NCBI RefSeq assembly: GCF_006345805.1 | Contig: NC_043008.1 | Span: 51,832,001 to 51,896,000 of the forward strand | DNA length: 64,000 bases | From: Octopus sinensis | Taxonomy: Eukaryota | Direction: 5' to 3' | Part shown: in pieces, positions 13,524 to 25,266 of the stretch | Position numbering within the stretch: the first letter of the stretch is position 1 | Layout: each line of letters begins with the position of its first letter | Program-made: the position numbers and the translations under genes | Notes under the pieces: generated by a model | What the model was told of the DNA's origin: nothing | Database searches by the model: none | Seen by the model: the letters and a program-made list of their open reading frames with translations, nothing else

Positions 13524-13631
13524 AAATGACGGCTCAAATAGAATTTTTGAAAAAAACAAAGCATAGGAGATAAACAGAATTGTCCGCTGTTCCGTTCAGT
13601 AAACATATTCCCTTACGCTCCCTCTGTCTCT

Positions 13632-13675
<44 letters not shown>

Positions 13676-14062
13676 TTTATTTCTTTATTGCCCACAAGGG
13701 GCTAAACATAGAGGGGACAAACAAGGACAGACAAACAGATTAAGTCGATTATATCGACCCCAGTGCTTAACTGGTACTTAATTTATCGACCCCGAAAGAA
13801 TGAAAGGCAAAGTCAACCTCGGCGGAATTTGAACTCAGAGCGTAACGGCAGACGAAATACCTATTTCTTTACTACCCACAAGGGGCTAAACACAGAAGGG
13901 ACAAACAAGGACAGACAAACGGATTAAATCGATTATATCGACCCCAGTACGTAACTGGTACATATTTAATCGACCTCGAAAGGATGAGAGACAAAGTCGA
14001 CCTCGGCGGACGAAATACCGCTAAGCATTTCGCCCGGGGCACTAACGTTTCTGCCAGCTTCG
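13676..14062 (-). mobile_element. Two tandem tRNA-type SINE copies with a Tx1-like 3' tail
   Basis: Minus-strand B-box GAGTTCAAATTCC, central CTTTCATYCTTTCGRGGTCGAT domain, tail ..GCCCCTTGTGGG(C/T)A(A/G)TAAAGAAAT. Confidence 0.8.
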
Positions 14063-14063
14063 C

Positions 14064-14336
<273 letters not shown>

Positions 14337-15344
14337 TTCTTTGTTATTGTCTTTTTTTCTTTCAACAAATTTTCCCTTAACGTATTAATATATAGATTAG
14401 CAGTACCCGTAGAAATTCCACTATAAATACGAAATTTTTTATATGGTCTGACGTTCATATAGACACATAAAAGTTAATGTTACTTTATAAATTGTATATT
14501 CTGCATGATTTTTCATTTAAAAACACATTTCAGTTCTTCTAGACAAGGTTGTAAGAGAAAGCGCATGACTTTCCCATTCTCTCAGCAGTTCAGAGGTTCA
14601 TTTATAACTCTAAGAGCTTCACAATGTTTGTTTATTTTGCACGAATTCTGATGTGAAGTCGTGTGTTGAAATAGACACGATTGCATAAGATTATTTTGAG
14701 ATGGTCATTTTTCTTTTTCTTTTTCTTATTTTATTGTCCTGACAATATAATTATTAAACAGAAGTGTTTGTCCTATAATCAAAGGAATATTCCCCACACA
14801 CCCGCTTTAACATTGAGAAAGAAAGATTGGGGAAAACTAAACACTATTACGATGGTACTTTCTTTTGCGAGTGTTAAGACCTTACAAATAGGAAATACAA
14901 TCCTTAAACTAACTGGACGCCAGTCTCGTTGTAATAAGGAAGCACGGTATAGAAAATCTCTTGGCTTCAGGACAGGTTCGAAATTCTCTTGCTGACACAT
15001 TTCACTTGGTTCCTGAGCACAAGAGGCTGTGTTAGTGTAGGACAGTCTCTCATTTGCTTTGCGGTGGGGTTAGAACAGGGACTCGGGTCAAATGTAACGT
15101 CTAACTGTGATGAAGCTAAACCGATTGTTATCTTGAGCTCCATGCTGTTAAGTGTATTGATTAAGTTCCTTAAGCCTATCAGAGGTGTGCCCATTAGCTC
15201 ATCTAGAGGTTGCCAGAGCATTATCTCTGTATAGAACAAAGAGAAATGATGGGTAACTCTTCTTTAAGATACCTAAAATTAATAGCTATACAACCCTATA
15301 AGGTTACCTCGCCCTCTCTCTCTCTCTCCCTCTCCCTTCTCTCT

Positions 15345-15462
15345 TTGATCGGTGCGAGGCAATAGTAGACGACACTTGCCCAAGGTGCCGCGCTGTGGGA
15401 CTGAACCCGGAAACATGTGGTTGGTAAGCAAGCTACTTAACATACTGCCACTCCTGCGCCGA
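15345..15462 (-). mobile_element. tRNA-headed CORE-like SINE, 5' part
   Basis: Reverse complement GGCGCAGGAGTGGC..GGTTCAGTCCCAC..CCTTGGGCAAGTGTC matches the SINE at 43775-44175. Confidence 0.7.
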
Positions 15463-15569
15463 TAATATGTATACAAGCTGGACCCGTGAAAAATTCACGG
15501 AAAACATTAAAAGATGTATCTGTAAACAGTGTACTGGTGCCATGAGAAATGCTTGTATATTGTGATCGT

Positions 15570-15705
15570 CTGTCTTTACATTCTGAGTTCAAATTCTGTC
15601 GAAGTCGATTTTGCCTTTCGTCGTTTCGGGGTCGAAAAATTAAGTACCAGTTGTGTACTGGGTCGATCTAATCAACTGGCCCCCTCCCCACAAAAAATTC
15701 AGGCC
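15570..15705 (+). mobile_element. tRNA-type SINE fragment
   Basis: GAGTTCAAATTCTGTCGAAGTCGATTTTGCCTTTCGTCGTTTCGGGGTCGAAAAATTAAGTACCAG. Confidence 0.7.
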
Positions 15706-15713
15706 AAGAAAAA

Positions 15714-15840
15714 TATTTTGTGACAGTTACAGAATATAGAAAGTAATGTAACACCAATGACTATATAATCCAATCAAAATATCTCAGTTACACAAACGTA
15801 AATGGAATTACTATTTAACCTTAAAATACATCGTACATAT
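15714..15840. repeat. Paralog of 44556-44675
   Basis: Shared ATTTTGTGA(C/G)AGTTACAGAATATAGAAAG...GAATTACTATTTA(A/G)CCTTAAAATACATCGTACAT. Confidence 0.8.
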
Positions 15841-15994
15841 TCAAAGAACCTTAATGTAGAAATTGAAATGCAAAAGAACGAAATAATAAATGGATTTATG
15901 AATGTAAGGTTGGTAATTGCGTTTATTTCCACCACGCGACACTTATTATTGCAAACATGTTTTAACTAACCTAAACTATACAAACACAAATACA

Positions 15995-16039
<45 letters not shown>

Positions 16040-16044
<5 letters not shown>

Positions 16045-16400
16045 GTCTCGAGTTGTAGCTGTAATTGAAAGGCGCCAGCCTGGTCATATTCTGTGTGAGG
16101 CTGAATCTCCCTGAGAACAACGTTAATGTTATGCATGTCTGTAGACTACTCAACCATTTGTGAGTTAATTTTATCCTCGTGTGGTAATGAAAAGTGAAAC
16201 TAACATTCAATATTTGCTGTTTGTATGTATCTATGTATGAACTTTTCTTTGGATTTATGTATCTGGTGTCTCTCTCACTTTCTCTCTTTCTCTACCGTTG
16301 TGTCCCTCTTCTCTCCTGCTTTCAATTTAACAATATGTATATGTATCTATGTATCTACTTCTCTTGCGATGTGATAAACATTTAAAAACACAAAACGAAC
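16040..16400. repeat. Paralog of 53420-53770 (truncated SINE plus about 230 bp flank)
   Basis: Same SINE truncation point (GTTAATTTTATCCT) followed by colinear flank ending ATAAACATTTAAAAACACAAAAC. Confidence 0.85.
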
Positions 16401-16589
16401 GCCATCACCACTCACTATCTCATTCACTCTCTCTCTCTCTCTTTCTCTCTTACTTCCTCTCTCTCTCTCGCGTTGCCACTTCTTTGGAGTAAGTGTGACG
16501 CACACAAAAGGCACATACAAAAACAAAAAGTTAGCGTATTAATGTTATGTGATATCGATATATATTTTATGTGAACTACCTTGGCAACA

Positions 16590-17075
16590 TAAATATGTGT
16601 GCGTGCGTGCATGAAACTGATAAACTGAATACAATTTACAATACAAATTTGCAGATTTATTGTGATTAAAATACCCGTGACTTCAGAAAAAAAAACCCTT
16701 TGAATGTTTTTAACCTACTTTCAGCGTCTGTGACTGTCACTCAGTGCCACTTGGTTTGTTGATTTAGTCTTTTCCTAGTGTGACCAATGAGCCACATTGC
16801 ACTTCATTACATGAAAATAGTCGATCAATAAATGAAAGTCAGGGTTCTATGTAACTGACAAATGTTAAGGGCAACGGAAAACATGAAAAGAAGACCAAGT
16901 TTACCTCACATGAATTTTAGTGCCAAACGAATAGGTCAAAATCTGTCAGAAGGAATGCACGGTGGGTAAAAGGTGAAAAGGATCATGAATTTTCAGAAAT
17001 TATTTTTCATAAAAAGATGCCCTGCCAACTCCCTATTTTCGAAAGTCGTGGCGAGAGAATATTGGGAAAATCCCA
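16590..17075. repeat. Diverged direct repeat of 11575-12120 (copy B)
   Basis: See copy A. Confidence 0.8.
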
Positions 17076-17109
17076 TCAAAACGGAGAAAATTTAATAATG
17101 TCATAAATA

Positions 17110-17380
17110 ACAGTGACAAACGAAAATACACCACCGATAGCAGTTGTTGACAAACAACGACAGTATTCAGTATTCAGCTGAATACACGTCATTGATTGGT
17201 TGAAATTACCGAAATACGACAACTTTAACGTTAAATAACTTCGTAAATATAAACTTTTCCCAAAAACGCTAAGAGTAAAAGATGTTTTATATGACACATT
17301 CTATCAGTGTCCGAAATTTGAAAGTGTTTAGTTACAAAAAGTTATTTTTTAAATCTGTCGATCAAAAGGTAAAGATCCAT
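17110..17380. mobile_element. Possible non-autonomous DNA transposon remnant
   Basis: Ends in AAAAGGTAAAGATCC; composition resembles a MITE; second terminus not found. Confidence 0.25.
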
Positions 17381-18154
17381 TTATTTATTTATTGGCGAGC
17401 TCCCATCGCCCTTTTTTTTTTTTTTTTTTTTTTTTGGATCAACAAAATTGGATGAATGGTTGACAACTTCATGAGTATAGAAGTTACCGAGATCCACTTA
17501 AGAAGCCCACCCATCAGGTACCCAATGTGTTTTATGAAATTCTAGTATATCACTGTCATCACTCCCGCTTTCAATCGCAATTTACTTTCATTTTTTTAGC
17601 CCAATTTACTTTCACTACTTTATGGCAGTAAATTGTGAGTTAGCCAAATTCTAAACTGTGTTGTTTTTAATGGTTTATAAAATATACCATAAAACGATAA
17701 TTATGTTAAATTGATTGAATCTTAGTAATTACAATTTTCCATTACAAGTCTCAGAGTATTATTTACACTACACGTTTGGAATCCCTGAATGTGTACAAAA
17801 ATTTTAAGGTGTGCTGATTTATAAATATACCATTAAACAGTAATTAACTCAGTTTAATTAACCCTAGTAATCATTTACATAAAACTATAATTAATTCGGT
17901 TTATCAAATATAAGTAGTTACGGGAAAAAATGATGATTTATTTGTAAGTTGGATAAATATAGCAAGTCGTATCTTATACGCTGTAGTTTTTGTTTACTTA
18001 CAGATCCAACAACTTTACCGTTATCCTTTTGCTCTCAAATAACTCTTATTCGTTTTTGATATAGAATCTATATCAAGATTTAAAATTCTTTATTTATATT
18101 ATAAATAAATCTTTACTGTTCTAGTTTTTAAGTAGCAATAATTTATAAAGAGAC

Positions 18155-18180
18155 TTATGTACTTCCGTCACCGGTTTTGG
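18155..18180 (+). promoter_or_regulatory. Putative MRPL4 core promoter with ETS-like ACTTCCG motif
   Basis: ACTTCCG at 18161-18167, about 100 bp upstream of the ATG; CpG content rises here. Confidence 0.4.
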
Positions 18181-18265
18181 GAAGGGAGATAATTTATGAA
18201 TTGTTATTCAGGGGAAACAATTGAAGGACATTTGTTACTGGTTTGGAAGATCGCGAGATTTAAGC

Positions 18266-19177
18266 ATGTTTTCTTTAAGGATTTTTATTGGAAATATACG
18301 TAACGTTGATAGATTTGGTTTTATTTTAACACAGTCGTGTTCCTTTTCCTCTTCGAGAAAGCATTTCAGCGACACACTTCCCACTACAGAAGAATCTACG
18401 GACCCATCACCCCACGTCCAGACTCGCGGACCTTTACCCTTGATGACGAATCGTCAGCTGAATCACCCCAACAAATCCAAAGAAGGTGTGCAAACGTGGC
18501 TTGAATCTCTAAATACCATTGATAACGAGAAACTCGGAATAGTTGATCTCCATCCTGATATATTCGCTACATTTCCTCGTTTGGATATTATTCACTCGAA
18601 TATAAGGTGGCAGAATAAATACAAACTTATTCGGTATGATTGGGAACCAACACGTGCGGAGATGCGAGGAGGAGGCAGAAAGCCGTGGCCACAGAAAGGT
18701 TTAGGTAAAGCTAGACATGGTAGCAACAGATCTCCGATTTGGCTGAGAGGTGGACGAGCTCATGGGCCACGCGGGCCTGAAAGCTTTTTTTATATGCTAC
18801 CAACCCACGAACGAGTTTTAGGTTTGAGATCTGCTTTGAGTGTTAAGTTGGCTCAAAATGATTTACACATTGTCGATTCCCTAGAAATTCCCACAGATGA
18901 ACCTGACTATGTTGAAAGTTTGTTTGCTTCTAGGTTTTGGGGATTTTCTGGTCTTTTTATCGACGATACAGATTTTATGCCGCGGAATATTTCTCTGGCT
19001 TTGAACAAATTAGATCACTTCAACCTAATGCCTGTTTATGGACTTAATGTTTACAGTATGTTGAAGCATGAAACTCTTGTGTTGACTCTGGCAGCTGTAG
19101 AAAAAATTGAACAGAAATTGTTATTTCAACTTTACAAGACTGAAAGAGAAAAGAAAACTGTTGTAGGATATTGGTAG
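18266..19177 (+). CDS. MRPL4: Mitochondrial ribosomal protein L4 (uL4m), single-exon CDS, 303 aa
   Basis: uL4 signature TRAEMRGGGRKPWPQKGLGKARHGS.RSPIW.RGG.AHGPRGP; mitochondrial-type LDIIHSNIRWQ and FNLMPVYGLNVYSMLKHETLVLT; Arg/Ser-rich N-terminal presequence. The ORF-track start at 18221 is a TTG; the first in-frame ATG is 18266. Confidence 0.95.
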   Translation: MFSLRIFIGNIRNVDRFGFILTQSCSFSSSRKHFSDTLPTTEESTDPSPHVQTRGPLPLMTNRQLNHPNKSKEGVQTWLESLNTIDNEKLGIVDLHPDIFATFPRLDIIHSNIRWQNKYKLIRYDWEPTRAEMRGGGRKPWPQKGLGKARHGSNRSPIWLRGGRAHGPRGPESFFYMLPTHERVLGLRSALSVKLAQNDLHIVDSLEIPTDEPDYVESLFASRFWGFSGLFIDDTDFMPRNISLALNKLDHFNLMPVYGLNVYSMLKHETLVLTLAAVEKIEQKLLFQLYKTEREKKTVVGYW

Positions 19178-19189
19178 CCTCTTTTTGTG

Positions 19190-19196
<7 letters not shown>

Positions 19197-19246
<50 letters not shown>
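19197..19246. repeat. (TA)n microsatellite just after the MRPL4 stop
   Basis: Direct reading. Confidence 0.95.
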
Positions 19247-19250
<4 letters not shown>

Positions 19251-19659
19251 TTTGAACTAAACTTCTCATATTCAGTATATATTGCTAACTAGATTGGACA
19301 CATAGTTGTCTCCTATGATGTAACAGGTAAATTATTTTCACCAAAAGGATGTCCATAAGATAAATATTACTGTAATTACATGTGTGTATGCAGACATAAA
19401 AATATTTTTTGATTATTTTATAGTCATATGTTGCTTTATTTGCTTCCGTCGCATTTTGGTGACTTTTCTAATATTTTCGAGTGGAATATTGTTCTCCTAC
19501 TTTCTCAGTTGGTGTATTAAAAGCATAATGTCACGGAAAGAGATGATCAAAATTAAGCGTTATCTTAGTCCTCAATTTAAATGTTTGACGCTAATTGCGA
19601 TTCGCACTCAGGAAACGGTAACTCTGGTAACTCTGCAATAACCTGGTGTGTCTTGCGTA

Positions 19660-19880
19660 TCTCTAGCTTTTTTTTTTCCCCCCACTCGTTAGACTGCGGT
19701 CGTCATAGGGCATCATCACCTCGAAGAGTTTAGTTGAACAAATCGCTTCCACTACTTATTTTTGAAAGTCGGGAACTAATTCTATTGGTTTGCTTTACCG
19801 AATCGCTATGTTACTGGGACGTAAACAAAATACCACCGGTTGTCAAGCGGTGGTTGAAACAAACAAACACACACACACAT
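19660..19880 (-). mobile_element. SINE 3' body
   Basis: Reverse-complement similarity to 43960-44170 and direct similarity to 22570-22790. Confidence 0.6.
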
Positions 19881-20243
19881 ATATATATATTTATATCGTA
19901 AATTTTACTGCTAGTGTGTTCGGCAGTAAAATATATTAGCCTTGTAATTTATTTTCTAAACATATATAGGCAGATACGAAGAAATATATGCATGTTTATA
20001 TATCATTATTACTGTTACTATTTCAAGCATTTCTATTATATGTGTCTATATACATATGTGCACGTTACGTGTGTATGTTTACTGGAATTTCAGCCATGGA
20101 AGTAGTGCTTCTAAGCGCAGACTGTTTGGGTTAAGAAGTTTTCTTTATAACCAAGGAGTTTGTTTGTTTGACCAGAAAAAAAGAAGAAAAAAGTAGTGTA
20201 ATAGGTGTAAAACAACTTGCTCTAAACGAATATAAAAAAAAAT

Positions 20244-20302
20244 GGGGGTGGGGGACAGGACTCGGAAAATTCGCATCGTGAATGTTCCGAGCCCTCACCT
20301 CC
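20244..20302 (+). other. 59-nt GC-rich hairpin (candidate structured RNA)
   Basis: GGGGGTGGGGG pairs with CCCTCACCTCC (2 G-U), 6-nt bulge, CTCGGAA/TTCCGAG, ATTC/GAAT. Confidence 0.4.
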
Positions 20303-20779
20303 GTTCGCGAGCGTGCATTTTTTTTTTTTCTCACATTCGTTATCAATCATGAGTGAAAATAGACTATGCTGCTCTTTGATCTAGTGACACACCAGGATGT
20401 GACTACTATCAAGAGAGAGAGAGAGAGAGAGCTGCACCAACACTCAGTTGAGTAGGCTGGGTCAATGTGAAATGAAGTGCCTTGCTCAAGGAGTCAACAT
20501 GCTGCTCAGTCCAGAAATTGAACTCGTGACGTTCTGAACATGATCCAAACACTAACCAACTTAACCATGTATCTAGATAGCATTTCTTAAACTATAATAA
20601 CAGTTACAACTCTAACGCTCTCAATAACTTTTTTACTTTCAATCCTACTTTGTGACATCTTGGGCAGGTATCTTTATCACAGCCCCAACCCATAAAACTG
20701 TTTAGCAGCCTTTCATATAGATTGTACCTTTAATTCAAAAGGCCACACAACTCACACTGATTCAGCTTAAGAGTTTCAA

Positions 20780-21400
20780 TTACCCCTTTGATACCGACCC
20801 ATCTCAGACCACCAATCCTGATTCTATGATAGAAACTAAATTAAAACCTTCTCTCAAAATTTCATGTTAATTTATGTTCCAAGTATCAACTTAATGATAG
20901 CAAAAGTATTTTATTAAATTCTTCATTATTTTCAAAATTAATTGAAACAAAGACAATTTATTCCAACAGAAATATGGTATTAAATGCTGAAGTCATTGGA
21001 AATTTATTTACCTGAGAAAATTTTTTAGAACTCTTAGTATCAAACTAAGATTGCCCCTGGTACTGTGATATTTATAGCCTGTTTTGAAATGATCCTAATT
21101 AAAATCTCCCATCAAAATTTCATGTCATTTTGTGTTTCAAACACCACTTTAATAATGCCAAAACAATTTTACTAAATTCTTCAAAGACTGTAACAAAGGG
21201 TTAAATAATGTAATATACTATCAGCATATATGTTCTCTACTTTATTTGAGATTGCAACTGGTTCTGGGATACAAAGTTCCTGTTTTAAAATGATCTAAAC
21301 TGAAATCTATCAAAATTTCATGTCAATTTCTGCTCCAAACACTACCCTAATGATAACAAAATTTATTTTACTAAATTCTTTATTGTTTTCAAATTAATTG
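20780..21400 (+). mobile_element. Three tandem copies of a piggyBac-like (TTAA) MITE
   Basis: Repeated CAAAATTTCATGT...TTTTA(C/T)TAAATTCTT cores; one copy ends AAAGGGTTAA at about 21203; related copy at 34976-35197. Confidence 0.55.
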
Positions 21401-22321
21401 AAGGTAAGGCAGTGTGTCTCAAAAGAAATTTGGTACCAATGGGTTCAGGTTACACATAGGGGCTGTACCATCACATTTGCAGGTCCTCTGAGGTTAGTGA
21501 GATCAATACAGTTAATGTTCCTCATAAATAGTTGCATGTTGAAGGCTGCAGGAAGGGATTTAGAGATGGCAGATATTGAGTGGACATTGTGATTGTTTTT
21601 AGTCCTAGAACAGCTCTGGTTGAGCAGAACTATAATCAAAATCAGCAAGTGTGTCATTCTTTTTCTTCAGACAGTAGGATGTGGTTTGATGGAATTTATT
21701 TCTAGTTGGTTAGACAAGTGCATATTAACAAGTGAGGGTATATATAGCCATCCCCTAGTTTATGAATAAAATTACAAAAATCTTTGTATAGAACTGTGCA
21801 CTTCACAGTTCCAGCAACATGGTGTTTGGCTGTTGTGCGCATGCTCACATGTCCAAGATAGGAAGCTTCATGCTAGGGAGAAGGAGCACTGTTGTTCACA
21901 CAGTGCCAGTAAAAGGTAGTGTTTCTTTTTGGCTATGTTGTGCTTTAAAATGTGTTTATATTCTTGAATATGATGAAGTGTAGAAATGGATTATTATCCT
22001 ACTTCCAGCTTCAGAGTTGCTGCCAGGATTTGAAAAATAGGGCAGATTTCCCCCTCTTATTTTGTGATTGAGGGGAGATTTTTGAAAAACAAGGGGGAAT
22101 TCGCAGCAGTGTTCATTGAACAAATTTAACACACTACCCAACAGTAGCTAAGACGAGAACCGATCAAGTTTATGTATAAATTTTCTTTTTATGTTTGTTT
22201 CCTTTTACACAATGTTAAAACAACAGCTAAAAATTTTCTGAAGCTGCACACCTATTAATTTTATATACGAGCTGCCACTGATATATTTATATATGAAGAT
22301 ATATAAATGTATGTATAATAT

Positions 22322-22475
22322 ATATATATATCATCATCATCATCATCGTTTAACGTCCGTTTTCCGTGCTAGCATGGGTTGGACGGTTCGACCGGGGTCT
22401 GGGAAGCCAGGAGGCTGCATCAGGCTCCAGTCTGATCTAGCAGTGTTTCTACAGCTGGATGCCCTTCCTAATGCC
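22322..22475 (-). mobile_element. RTE 3' tail fragment
   Basis: (CAT)n followed by the reverse complement of the RTE 3' UTR. Confidence 0.7.
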
Positions 22476-22559
22476 ATATATATGTATGTATATGTATATA
22501 TATAAAAGTGTGTGTGTCTGTGTACTTGTATGTATGCAGATATATAAATTTATCGGTAT

Positions 22560-22790
22560 ATACCTTTTATCTTTTACTTGTTTTCAGCCATTAGACTGCA
22601 ACCATGCTGAAGCACTGCCTTGAAGAACTTTTAGTTGAATGATTTGATCCCCAGTTCTTTTGTTTTGTTAAGCCTGGTACTTATTCTATCTGTATTTTTT
22701 GCCAAACTGCTATGTTATGGTTGCATAAACACACCAACACTGGTTGTCAAGCAGTACTGGGGGACACACTGATACAAAGATACACACACA
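22560..22790 (-). mobile_element. SINE body
   Basis: Similar to 19660-19880. Confidence 0.55.
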
Positions 22791-22799
22791 CACACATAT

Positions 22800-24728
22800 C
22801 CGGTATCTTCACTGGTGTACATGGGGACCATGGTATTGGTTCCCAAAACGAAGGGGGGAACTAGACTATTAGAGTTCTGTGATGCATGTAACCGTTTAAT
22901 CTGCAACACTAACTTCAGGAAGCCAGACAGCTAACTGATAACCTATCATTCAGGGGACTCTGCTAGCCAGATTGATTTCATCCTCACCAGACAGTGGGAT
23001 GCAGGGTTGCTCTTAAATACAAAGACCTTCCCGGGTGAAGAATGTACCCACCCAGCATAGACTAGTCATTAGTGACTTTAGACTCGAGGCCAGAAGGATG
23101 CCAAGAAGCAGACCAGTCCAGAAAAGAAGGATTTGGAAGCTAAAGAACCCTTCACGTGGTCAGAGATTTAGGGATATCCTCATCAAGAAATTTGATGAGA
23201 TGGAGGAGGAGTTACAGACCTTTGACATGCAGGGTAGCTGGAAATTCCTACAAGACAGCTTACTGAGTGCCATAGACCAAGTCTGCGGATGGTGCAAAGT
23301 CCCTTCCAGACCTAGAGTAACGTGGTGGTGGAATAATACAGTAGACAAAGCCATTACAACAAAGAAACAGGCGTTGAAAGCCTGAAATAGTGGGGATAGC
23401 AGGGAACTGTACCAGATAGCCAGAAGAGAGGCTGGGTGCCAGGTATACATAGCCAAGGGAGAATCAGAAAAGAAGTTTGCCAATGTCCAGTGATGTGAGG
23501 ACGAAAGAACTGAGGTATTTCAGATTGCAAGACAGTGTGTGAGAAAAATTGTGATGTCACAGGAGAGAAATGTGTCTGCATGGATGATGGTGCACTTGGT
23601 TTTTAATGATTCAGAAAAGAAAGAGGCTTGGAGAAGCCATTATGAAAGACTGCTGAATGTGGAGAGTGAATGGGAGGAGGAGAGCCTGCCAAATGTTTAC
23701 CCAGTCGAGGGACTAGCTATCCAAACTGACAGCACCCTGGGAGATAAAGTAATTAAGGGTATGAAGCCAGGAAAAGCCCCTTGGCCCATCAGGAATCACT
23801 GCTGAGATGCTTAAAACATCTGGTGGTGTGAGCTATGGCGTAGTCAAACGTATTGTAAACCAGGTACTTCATAATGGAGTCATACCCAATGACTGGCATA
23901 GCATCATAGTCAACTGCTGCAAGGGTAAAGGTGATGCTCTAGATAGAAATAACTACAGGGATATCATACTGCTGAATCAGGTGATGAAGATCACGGAGAG
24001 GGTCATAGCCCAACTAATTAAGGAGAGAGTCTGCTTAGATGAGATGCAGTTTGGTTTTGTGCCAGGTAGAAGCACCACTGATGTTATATTCCTGGTATGG
24101 CAACTGCAGGAGAAATACCTAGCCAAAGATAAACCCCTATACTTGGCTTTTGTGGACTTGGAGAAAGCCTTTGACAGGGTCACCCAATCCCTTATCTGGT
24201 GGGCGATGCAGAAACTGGGGATTGATAAATGGTTAATAAGGGCTGTACAGGCCCTATACAGAGATGCCATTAGTAAGGTTAGGGTTGGCAATGAGTATAG
24301 TGAAGAATTCTGGGTAGAAGTAGAGGTCCACCAACGATCAGCCCTCAACCCCCCCTTATTCATCATAGTCCTCCAGGCAATAACAAAGGAATTCAACCCT
24401 GGGAGCTCCTCTATGCTGATGACCTGGCCCTCATAGAATCACTACCAGAACTGGAAAATAAATTTCAGGTGTGGAAGCAAGGTTTAGAATTGAAGAGCCT
24501 TAGAGTCAATGTTGCAAAGACCAAAGTTCCAGTAAGTAGGAAGGTGAACACATCACACACCCCTTCAGGTAGATGGCCTTGCTCGATCTGTAGAAAAGGT
24601 GTAAGTAGAAACTCGATAAGATGTACCCAGTGTAAGCTATGGACACATAAGAGGTGCAGCAACATCAAAGGAAGATTAACCAGGAAGATAGCTTTCTTGT
24701 GCAGTAGATGTACAGGAGCAATGAACAC
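22800..24728 (+). mobile_element. RTE-clade LINE, degenerate (endonuclease end, RT, Cys-rich finger)
   Basis: IDFILTRQ..HRLVISDF; DEMQFGFVPGRSTTDVIF..AFVDLEKAFDRV (23807-24436); WPCSICRKGV..CTQCKLWTHKRC..CSRC. Confidence 0.9.
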
Positions 24729-24796
24729 AATGGGACTGAACCCAGAACCATGTGGTTGGGAAGCAAGCTTCTTACCACACAGTCATGCCTGTGCCA
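24722..24796 (-). mobile_element. SINE head at the RTE breakpoint
   Basis: GGGACTGAACCCAGAACCATGTGGTTGGGAAGCAAGCTTCTTACCACACAGTCATGCCTGTGCC is the reverse complement of a tRNA-like head. Confidence 0.7.
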
Positions 24797-25266
24797 CATA
24801 TATATTATACATATTGGCTCATCCCATAAATAATGTGTTTTTTTTATACTTCTATTTTTCAAAACTAAGATAAAGTTCTTTTTTAATCTGAAACATACTT
24901 TCCTTCATTTTCTACACTGCTCTTCCATCTATCTTGTAGACTTGTAAGGTCTCACTTCCAAAATTCATTTGTCCATGACAAAAGATACTCCTCCAGTACT
25001 GTTCTGACCTCATATACACAATTCATATTTTTTCTGTCCAAATGATTTTGAAGACCGCAGAATAAATGATAATCAGATGGGGCAATGTCCAATGAATATG
25101 GTGGGTGGGGTATTGTTCATTAAAATATCGTTTATTAAAACATTTATATCTTCATATCTTCTACATATGTTTCAATAGATGCATTCAAAATACGTGCATC
25201 AATCCCATCAGGAAAGATATGAACAACAATGCTCATCAAATAGACATTTTTACAAATATCTATATA

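Noticed and set aside
18221-18265. 15-aa N-terminal extension of MRPL4 in the ORF track
   Set aside because: Begins at TTG; the ATG at 18266 gives a plausible mitochondrial presequence.
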